This document shows, piece after piece, positions 20,801-27,097 of a stretch of 57,796 nt of DNA; the stretch's first letter is position 1; every line of letters begins with the position of its first letter. Position numbers and translations under genes: made by a program. The notes under the pieces are model-generated. The model saw only the letters and a list, made by a program, of their open reading frames with translations, was not told the DNA's origin and made no database searches. Source of the DNA: Thermoanaerobaculia bacterium (lineage in GTDB: Bacteria > Acidobacteriota > Thermoanaerobaculia > Gp7-AA8); contig DATEOX010000746.1 in NCBI GenBank assembly GCA_035273585.1, positions 1-57,796 on the forward strand, given 5' to 3'.

Positions 20801-22156
20801 TGGAAGGGGAGCGAGCTGGCCGCGTTTCAGTGGTACGGCACGAGATCTGTCGACCCCGAGATCGTCACGAAGCGGCGCGCGCCGAGTGCGCTCGTCTACC
20901 TCGGCTCGCCCAACGACGAGCGTCCGAAACAGCCGCGGTACGGCGATCACGTGCTTCTCGACCAGGACGACTGGCGGTGGGAGAACAGCGATGCGTCACT
21001 GATGTTCGACATCAAGTGGACTCGCGACGCGGCGTACCGGCAGACGTATCTGCTTCATCACCTGGAGCAGTGCATCGCCGCGGCACTGAGCAAGGGGACA
21101 CTGCACAGCCGCAGCCTTTCCGTGACGTTCACGATGCCTCTGCGGCAGCGTGCGCGTGCGGAGGACTTCGTGCGCGAGATCGAGGCGGTTACAGCGGAGC
21201 TCGTCCGGCGGACCGGCGTCGCGATCGAGCCGCGCTTCGCGTACGAGTCCGAGGTCATCGCGCCGCCGGAAGCTCCGCGGGAGGACGTCGACGCGATCGT
21301 CGTCGCCGATCTCGGCGGCGGCACGCTCGACGTTTTCGCGAAGTACTTCGGCGCGGCGCGGCGGGCGGATTCGAACGAGGTCGTTTTCGATAGTGCGCGC
21401 ATCGGCGGCCATTCGCTCGTGGAGTGGCTGACCCGGGACATGCGCGGGGCGGAGCTTGCCGACTACCGGCGCCTCCTCCGTCTCGGGCAGGTCCGGCCGC
21501 TGGACGACAACTCGTCGCGCGTCGCGCGCGATTACTTCGACGTCGTGAAGCGCTTCACGGCCCTTTGGATGGATTCGGTCTGGCGGTACTGGACCGGCGA
21601 GGCGCGGCCGGGCCGGGTGCACGTGCAACTGCTCGGAATGGGGTGGTCGTTGCCTGGGTCCCCCGGCGATCAGATCGCGCTGCACCTCAGCGACATCGCG
21701 CGTGCCGTCGATTCGCCGCTGACGTACACGCGGTTCGAGGACGCCCTCGTGCGCGTCAATCCTAAAGAGCTTTTGGCGATGCGCGCGCTGCGCTGCCGCG
21801 GCGCGTCGAGCAGTGACTTCGTCAACTTCGCTCCAGCGTCGGTGAACGGAATTGAAGTGACGGTCGCGGGGCAGATCCGCCGCGACGACGAGGCGCTCGT
21901 CGGCCTCGGCGCCAACTCGCCCGTGGTGACGATCAGCCGCGCCGGCCTCGCGCGTCTCGGCAAGTTGACCGGCGCACGCGAGGAGATCGTCGCCGAAGTC
22001 CGCGACCGCACGCGCGGCTGTCTCACCTCGCGCTCGAACGGTGTCGACGTACACGATGGCGCCGTCATCGAAGGGACGAACATCTGGGTTGCCAGTCCGC
22101 TCGCGATTGCAGCGGAGATGTACACGCGGCAAGTGCTGCTGCACGTGCACGGGTGA
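17870..22156 (+). CDS. Cluster gene 2: 1428-aa fusion of an N-terminal FtsZ/tubulin-like GTPase domain and a C-terminal Hsp70/actin-like (ASKHA) ATPase domain
   Basis: Start MANYLIAVGGTGQHV follows GAGGAGAGG. Four collinear FtsZ-like motifs: IAVGGTGQHVA (FtsZ IGVGGGGGNAV), LILVDADQ (AVNTDAQ), SGFYAQPRVGAMM (GAGANPEVGRNA), VVAGSGVGGTGAGFAP (AAGMGGGTGTGAAP). ASKHA motifs: VAVDFGTSATVVA (20690-20728), VVADLGGGTLDV (21299-21334), IGGHSLVEWL, VQLLGMGWSLPG. Confidence 0.75.
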   Translation: MANYLIAVGGTGQHVALAVADFIALAHEIFRTPDEFPAVNLILVDADQAGGADQASAWQEARARLTTLGLFGGDSFECVPLPVHSTFADTRKMYEFVNRLGASFGPNAADALLLHEQREVDVTSGFYAQPRVGAMMADWLFGEVTRGEAVNPQLARIFHLAGDPGNRIVVAGSGVGGTGAGFAPALLRRLSSANGAGARLMALMATEWFRLAGACSNRLSESVQKTNANSALWHAAHSGAAAGVRTVLFGHPDVSRAPEEACQNGALQARKDNLTIPYYAAAAATTFFAGDNSGGTHIPAAAFSGDALALPGTLRVTPRLTLNDLVRANVEAVGRLTLVSEYLREPYRGFVMPFPTLTGRIDALDATEQPRIDAALAAKRAALANLGKSDEKLPVAPRHHRGLPTLRGWIRGKVDGPYDLWKDAPVPQQTPESRAETVAADADSATLLIRRIGFTGRVVGGNLVPVTQAQVRDLVTVDDVDVSKVPASDAASLTLGHIFRSWEARDVEEKRQIADSLVDDGRARRPVLVCGDHGDRPRQWLNRWLLLTNFLVEGRLTVEQRPLPFTAGKVLSYRGTPVGELSREWICLPLVNGYWNDEATVAAMHSVASRLETLATWCRNTAAVARCKSSRLPAWLDVLLFATADFAGAAKQHTAQSVPVQWTDGSTVSLPLPNGVSGGNDCVAATAEAFGVLVEQPPPDAMSPKVREIVDEISRIALTVPSLDGGEAKSVVFSELLSPAARDCLFGEVIVDVDAQKAWRLTSSSRIVTSVAGEVLTENVGCFRTEQRAKWLTPVRHSYIPLLKSGELDVRTDERGQELRVTLSLHGRTFMESYAASRVRTINPLLLHWPSSVASASADVTVLYDVAGHGAGPQTLEVVMHDAASRSWSRSPQLSQRHSLHYVATGSRIPYGLTFELEKRDVGFLKLERNLRPLDDGTQRVAVDFGTSATVVAIEGGPTNSQVVDLLEPRADATAEIWKGSELAAFQWYGTRSVDPEIVTKRRAPSALVYLGSPNDERPKQPRYGDHVLLDQDDWRWENSDASLMFDIKWTRDAAYRQTYLLHHLEQCIAAALSKGTLHSRSLSVTFTMPLRQRARAEDFVREIEAVTAELVRRTGVAIEPRFAYESEVIAPPEAPREDVDAIVVADLGGGTLDVFAKYFGAARRADSNEVVFDSARIGGHSLVEWLTRDMRGAELADYRRLLRLGQVRPLDDNSSRVARDYFDVVKRFTALWMDSVWRYWTGEARPGRVHVQLLGMGWSLPGSPGDQIALHLSDIARAVDSPLTYTRFEDALVRVNPKELLAMRALRCRGASSSDFVNFAPASVNGIEVTVAGQIRRDDEALVGLGANSPVVTISRAGLARLGKLTGAREEIVAEVRDRTRGCLTSRSNGVDVHDGAVIEGTNIWVASPLAIAAEMYTRQVLLHVHG

Positions 22157-22998
22157 TCGCGATGACGAGATCACCACTGCTCGCGCTGCTGTTCCTGCTC
22201 ACGTTCGCCGTGTCGTTCGCCGATGGCGCGCCGAGCCTGAAACCGCCGGCACCCGCGGCGCGAGAAGCCGCGTACGCGCCGGCCCCTGCCGCGCCGTCGG
22301 TCGCCGCCATCCCGTGGCAACTGACCGTCGGCTCGCTGGTGAACGCGTTGCTCATCGTCCTCGTGATCGTCGGTCTCGTTCTGCAGCTGCGTAGCGCGGA
22401 GCGGCGGTTGGTCGCGACGCTGAGATACCAGGACCGCGACGCTGCAGAACGCGAAAAACGGCAGCAGACCGACCTGCAGCACTGGAAGACGGAGCTGCGC
22501 AAGGAAATCGAATCGCTGCATGCGGCGCTCGCGCAGATTCCGGCGGACACCGAGCGGCTGATCGCGTCGAAGTTGCCGAAACAGCAGCAGACGCCGGCGC
22601 AAGCGGCGTCGTCGCGGCTGGCGTCCGCGGTGCTCGACGTTCGCGATGAGCGGCGTGGCGAGGATGGGCTCGCGCAGTTGCTGGTCGCCGCGAACCGCAT
22701 CGTCCAGGAGAGCTCGATGACGCTGGAGACGTTCCGCGAACGGATGGCGGGCGTGTCGTCGCGTGTGTTGCCGTACGGGCAGGTCGTGGCCGATGCGCCC
22801 GTCGCGTTCATCGTCGAGCACGGCGGGTCGGCGTACGCGGTGCCGAACGTCGTGAAGCCGACGCGGTTTCCAAACGACTGGTTCAACCGCGCCGACTTCG
22901 GCGTGAACGACGAGATCCGCCGCGTTGTCTCGCTGCCCAGACTACGGCGACGCGGTGATGGGTTCGACGTCGTGGAGCGGGGAGTATTCGAGCGATGA
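22153..22998 (+). CDS. Cluster gene 3: membrane protein with signal peptide/TM, coiled coil and C-terminal globular domain
   Basis: GTG overlaps the gene 2 stop (GTGA). LLALLFLLTFAVSFADG; TM LVNALLIVLVIVGLVLQL; heptad-like charged region. No recognised family. Confidence 0.6.
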   Translation: MIAMTRSPLLALLFLLTFAVSFADGAPSLKPPAPAAREAAYAPAPAAPSVAAIPWQLTVGSLVNALLIVLVIVGLVLQLRSAERRLVATLRYQDRDAAEREKRQQTDLQHWKTELRKEIESLHAALAQIPADTERLIASKLPKQQQTPAQAASSRLASAVLDVRDERRGEDGLAQLLVAANRIVQESSMTLETFRERMAGVSSRVLPYGQVVADAPVAFIVEHGGSAYAVPNVVKPTRFPNDWFNRADFGVNDEIRRVVSLPRLRRRGDGFDVVERGVFER

Positions 22999-24389
22999 GC
23001 GTGCTCTCGCTGCAGTCTGCGACGCACGCTCGCGCCCGCCGGACGTTCTGGGAGCCGTGGGCGGCGCTCGCCGTCGCCGGGGCGCTTTACTTGCGCGCGG
23101 CCGGCGCGCAGTGGGGCGGCGTCGTCGCACTCGGCGTCGAACTGCTCCTCGCCGTCGTCATGCGAGCGCGATTGCTCCGACGCGCGGAGGAGGAGATCGA
23201 ATGGCTCGATGAGCACCTTCCGCGGGAGCTGGCCATCGGCGACGCCGATCGCCTGATCGGCAGCGCCGCGGAACGGGTGGAGGGGATGTTCGGCACCGCC
23301 TCGAGCACCGTCCTCGCGACCGGCATGGCGGCGTCGGCGTTCCTCCTCTTGTTCTACGCCGGTGCGGGGGTCACGGGCGGAATCGTCGCCGTCGCACCGA
23401 AGGCGTTTGTCGCGACTGGTTACGCCATCCTCTGCGCGCTGGCGTTCACGCGCGACGCGCATCACCTCATCGCCGGCACGATCGAGCCGCTGCGCCGCAG
23501 GAAGCTCGACGAAGCGGGCCGCAACGGCGGCATCGTCAGCGTCGCCGTTGCACCGCCCGCCGAGCCGCCGGTGGCGTCGAAATTCGAAGACTTGATCTCG
23601 CAGCTCATCTCCATGCAGATCGCGCATCTGCGGGAGCTGAACGAGACCAACCGCCTTCTCTCCGCCTCCGCGTCGGAGCGCATCGACGAGGACTCCGGCG
23701 CCGTCCGCGTCAAGCTGTCGAAGGGGCTGACGGAGTTTCGGAAAGGCGTCGAGCGACTCGGTGAAACCGTCGAGTCGCTGAACGGCAGGCTCGACGCGCT
23801 GACGACCGACGAATCGGCGCTCTTCGAGCACCATCGCCGCGAGCTCGTCGCCGAGATCGCACAGCTGCCGCAGCAGGTCGCCGACCGCGCCGCCGGCATG
23901 ATGAGCGGATCGATCGCGCAGGTTGAAGAGCGCGTGCGGCAAGCGCTGCAGACCGTACATGAGGATGAAAACCGCCGCGCGCGCGACTACCTCACGAACG
24001 AGTTCGCGAAAATGCGCGACCAGTTCGAGCTGACGGAGCGTTCCGTGTCGGCGATCGCGACGCGGTTCAACGTCGTCGTCGGATCGCTCGACGAGCTCGC
24101 ATCGGCATTCGACCGGAGCGCGAAATCGGTCGTCACCAGCGCCGCCGACTTCACGCGTGAGGCCGAGTCGCTTGCGACGTCCGTTACCACCGCGCTCGGC
24201 CAGCTCGAGGACGCCGGTGCGACGAAGGCGTCGCTGCTCGCGCCGTTGACCGAAGCCGCGACGGCGGTGCGGAAAGCGTCATCCGTGGTCGCCACCGACA
24301 TGCGCAAAGTCGCCGCCGAACGCGAGCGCCTCGGGCGGGTGCGGCTCAAGATCCTCGAGCTGCTCCCGAATCAGCAGGGCAACTCATGA
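22995..24389 (+). CDS. Cluster gene 4: MotA/ExbB/TolQ-like channel subunit with about 300-aa C-terminal helical tail (ZorA-like architecture)
   Basis: ATGA overlap on both sides. Four hydrophobic helices. GMFGT (23283-23297; ExbB GLFGT) and VAPKAFVATG (23391-23420; ExbB VAPGIAEALLAT) are collinear. The remaining residues are helical and low in proline. Family call rests on weak motif similarity. Confidence 0.55.
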   Translation: MSVLSLQSATHARARRTFWEPWAALAVAGALYLRAAGAQWGGVVALGVELLLAVVMRARLLRRAEEEIEWLDEHLPRELAIGDADRLIGSAAERVEGMFGTASSTVLATGMAASAFLLLFYAGAGVTGGIVAVAPKAFVATGYAILCALAFTRDAHHLIAGTIEPLRRRKLDEAGRNGGIVSVAVAPPAEPPVASKFEDLISQLISMQIAHLRELNETNRLLSASASERIDEDSGAVRVKLSKGLTEFRKGVERLGETVESLNGRLDALTTDESALFEHHRRELVAEIAQLPQQVADRAAGMMSGSIAQVEERVRQALQTVHEDENRRARDYLTNEFAKMRDQFELTERSVSAIATRFNVVVGSLDELASAFDRSAKSVVTSAADFTREAESLATSVTTALGQLEDAGATKASLLAPLTEAATAVRKASSVVATDMRKVAAERERLGRVRLKILELLPNQQGNS

Positions 24390-25090
24390 TCGGGCGCGGC
24401 GTCAACTACTGGATCTCGTGGGCCGATCTCACGTTCATGCTCTTCATCGCCGGCCTTGCCACCGTGGCGATCAGCGAGGAGCATCGCGGCGACGCGGAGC
24501 GGCAGCTCGACGCCGCCCGGGTCGAGATCGCCCGGATGCGCAGGACGATGAATCCCTGCGCGAACGCGGAGTCCTTTCTGAACGGCTTCTCGGCGTGCGT
24601 CGCGCGGACCACCGGGCGCCGGCAGGCGCAGCGCAGCGGCTGTTTCGTCACCGTCGGCGAGGACGTAATCCGCTTCGCGAACGGCAAGGCCGTGCCGATC
24701 GACCCGGCGTCGGCGGATTCGGTGGCGGGCTGTCTTTACAACAATGCGCTGCAGTTCGCGGCGGCGGATCCCGGCGCGTTCGACGCGATCACCATCAACG
24801 TTGACGGACACACCGATTGCGTCGGCGATGCGAGCGACAACCAGGCGCTCGGCGCCGACCGTGCGCTGAGCGTCTACTCGCGCGTGCTGGCGCGCGCCGA
24901 GGATGACAGGAGCTGGACGACCGCCGACGCCAAGCGTGGATTCCTGAGCCGCATCGCCGTCCGCTCGTTCGGCGAGACCCGGCCGGTGGAACGGTCGCGG
25001 TGCACGACCGCGACCGGGTGGGCGGATGACCGGCGGGTCGTCGTCTCCGTGCAACTCGCGACCGAGCGCGCGAGGGACGGCCGCTCGTGA
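24386..25090 (+). CDS. Cluster gene 5: MotB-like stator/anchor protein (TM Asp plus OmpA-like peptidoglycan-binding domain)
   Basis: YWISWADLTFMLFIAGL parallels MotB WKIAYADFMTAMMAFF (Asp codon 24425-24427). NVDGHTDCVGDASDNQALGADRALSVYSRVL is the OmpA/MotB C-terminal signature (24797-24889). Confidence 0.8.
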   Translation: MIGRGVNYWISWADLTFMLFIAGLATVAISEEHRGDAERQLDAARVEIARMRRTMNPCANAESFLNGFSACVARTTGRRQAQRSGCFVTVGEDVIRFANGKAVPIDPASADSVAGCLYNNALQFAAADPGAFDAITINVDGHTDCVGDASDNQALGADRALSVYSRVLARAEDDRSWTTADAKRGFLSRIAVRSFGETRPVERSRCTTATGWADDRRVVVSVQLATERARDGRS

Positions 25091-25100
25091 GGAGAACCGC

Positions 25101-25280
25101 GTGATCTCGATCCTGTTGATGGTGTCGGTCGCCGTGCTCCTCGCTGTCGTGCTCGTGCTGGCGCGCCGCACCGGTCAGCGGCAGACGCGGCTCGAGCTCG
25201 AAAACCGCGCGATGCAGGTCGAGCTCGATCGCCATCGCGACGTCGCGCATTCAATTCTGCGGGAACTGCAGAGCCCATGA
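25101..25280 (+). CDS. Cluster gene 6: 59-aa single-TM protein
   Basis: GTG 7 nt after GAGGAG. ISILLMVSVAVLLAVVLVLA plus a charged helix. Stop overlaps the next ATG (ATGA). Confidence 0.45.
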   Translation: MISILLMVSVAVLLAVVLVLARRTGQRQTRLELENRAMQVELDRHRDVAHSILRELQSP

Positions 25281-26491
25281 AGAACGTCGTCGTCATCGCA
25301 GCTCTCGTGAGCTTCGCCGCATGCGATCCCGCCGGCGGCGAGCGACCGCTGATCGCGACTTGCAGGCCGGCCGTCACGGTGCTCTTTCCGGCGGCGAAAC
25401 CGGCTTCGGTGAAAGCGCCTTCCGCGCCGCAAGCCGGCGAGGTTGTCCAGGTGTACTGGGACGTTTCGCGCTCGATGCACGACTTTTCGGTGACCCGCCG
25501 CGCCGAGGAGTTGACGGACGATCTCGCGCCGGTCGTCGCGGCACTCGACAGCGGCGTCCTCCTGCAGGCGCACGCCGCGAGCATCGAGCACTACGGAGTC
25601 GGCGAAACGATCGTGCCGCTGCCGAGCGCGCGCGCCGCACTGCATCCCGCCGCGAAGCGTACCGCGCTGCATCTTGCGGCGGAGCAGATCGGCGGCGCAC
25701 TCGCGAACGGCGCCGCGCAGGCCGCACTCGTCGTTTCCGACATGGAGGTCGACGCGGTGCCGCGGACGTCCGCGGGCGATGCGACGGTCTGCGGCAACGT
25801 GCCGCTGCCGAGCACCGGCCAGGCAGGGCCGCTCTTCGGCCGCTGTTTCGAAAGCGCGGTGCTCGCATCCGGCGCTTCCCGCACGCGCGCCAGCCTGCTT
25901 GCGCACGTGTTCCGCAAACGCTCGCACGGCCGCGAGCTGTTCATCCTGCTGCTCGCGACCGATCGCGCGTTCGGGACGCGCATCTCGAACGAGATCGCCC
26001 GCCGCCTCGACTTTACGCGTCACGTCATCTTCGATTCCGGCTCCGTTTCGGCCGGCAACGTCGCCGGCTGCAGGATGGCGTTGTTTTCGGAGGACATGAA
26101 CCGCAGCCGCACAACGTGCGGCGTTAAGTGCTTCGATCCCGAGCTCGCCATTCAGGCGGAATGCGACGTTCGCCGCGACGCGATGAATGCCTGGATCGAG
26201 CCGGTCGGGCAGGGCGGCGACGGCGTCAGCTACGAGTCGGTACCGAAGAAGCGCGGCGACCGCGAGCAGCAGGCGGTCGTCCGCTTCGCGGTTCCGTGCA
26301 GCGCGCGGGCGGGGCGCTTCCAGGCGACGGTGCCGTATTCATGGCGGCAACAGACTCCGTGGTCCGCGGATCGCGCGGACCCGTTCGCGCAGCGCCCCAG
26401 CGTCCGCGATCTGTTCGACAGTCTCGCCGACGCCATCGTCCGCACCGTCGCGCCGCCACGACTGCGGATCGGGATCGATCTCGTCAAATGA
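25277..26491 (+). CDS. Cluster gene 7: vWA-like lipoprotein
   Basis: Lipobox-like VSFAAC. MIDAS-like VYWDVSRSM (DxSxS, 25460-25474) and ALVVSDMEVD. Cys-rich C-terminal part. Confidence 0.55.
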   Translation: MKNVVVIAALVSFAACDPAGGERPLIATCRPAVTVLFPAAKPASVKAPSAPQAGEVVQVYWDVSRSMHDFSVTRRAEELTDDLAPVVAALDSGVLLQAHAASIEHYGVGETIVPLPSARAALHPAAKRTALHLAAEQIGGALANGAAQAALVVSDMEVDAVPRTSAGDATVCGNVPLPSTGQAGPLFGRCFESAVLASGASRTRASLLAHVFRKRSHGRELFILLLATDRAFGTRISNEIARRLDFTRHVIFDSGSVSAGNVAGCRMALFSEDMNRSRTTCGVKCFDPELAIQAECDVRRDAMNAWIEPVGQGGDGVSYESVPKKRGDREQQAVVRFAVPCSARAGRFQATVPYSWRQQTPWSADRADPFAQRPSVRDLFDSLADAIVRTVAPPRLRIGIDLVK

Positions 26492-26607
26492 ACGGCGGCG
26501 CTTCTCCGGCAGTCGATCGCGCGATCAGTTGCGGACTCGCGGTCGCGATCGTCTGCATCGCGCTCGTTTTCGCCGCCGTACTGCTCGTCGGTGCGCTTGC
26601 TGACTGA
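26488..26607 (+). CDS. Cluster gene 8: 39-aa single-TM peptide
   Basis: ATGA overlap with gene 7. CGLAVAIVCIALVFAAVLLVGAL. Below the track length cutoff as an independent ORF. Confidence 0.4.
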   Translation: MNGGASPAVDRAISCGLAVAIVCIALVFAAVLLVGALAD

Positions 26608-26616
26608 TGGCTCGTC

Positions 26617-27087
26617 ATGACTCGTGAAACTGCCATCACCGGCGCGATTCTCGGCGAGCTTCTCCCCGAGCTGCAGTACGCCGCGCCTGTTCTCCTGGAG
26701 CGCTCCGATCGCGGCGATCCGCTCGTCGCGTCGACCTCGCCGGCCGACATCGGGTTCGAGACCGGTGCGGTCGATTCGGTGCTGCTCGAGCTCTTCAAGA
26801 CGCTCGTGCCGTACGTCAAGGCGGCGCTCGGGTGGGGCGTGCTGCGCGTCGTGCAGACGTGGCTGGCGTCGCAGCGCGAGTCGCGGCACCACGCGGAGCT
26901 GGTGGCGAGCCTCACCGCGCTCCTCGCGGAGAACGCGAAGCTGCGGCAAGCGTTCGAGAGCATCGCGGCCGTGCGGAGCCGCCGTGAGGGAGTGGCGGCG
27001 TCGACGGCGGACGTCGTCGATTCGATCGCCGACGCCGCCGAACGGATCGGCGACGCCGCCGATCCCGACGAACCGCAGCGCGACTGA
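26617..27087 (+). CDS. Cluster gene 9: hypothetical soluble helical protein
   Basis: 156-aa ORF, 9 nt after gene 8, GC-rich third positions. No recognised motif. Confidence 0.55.
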   Translation: MTRETAITGAILGELLPELQYAAPVLLERSDRGDPLVASTSPADIGFETGAVDSVLLELFKTLVPYVKAALGWGVLRVVQTWLASQRESRHHAELVASLTALLAENAKLRQAFESIAAVRSRREGVAASTADVVDSIADAAERIGDAADPDEPQRD

Positions 27088-27097
27088 AGACGCGGCA

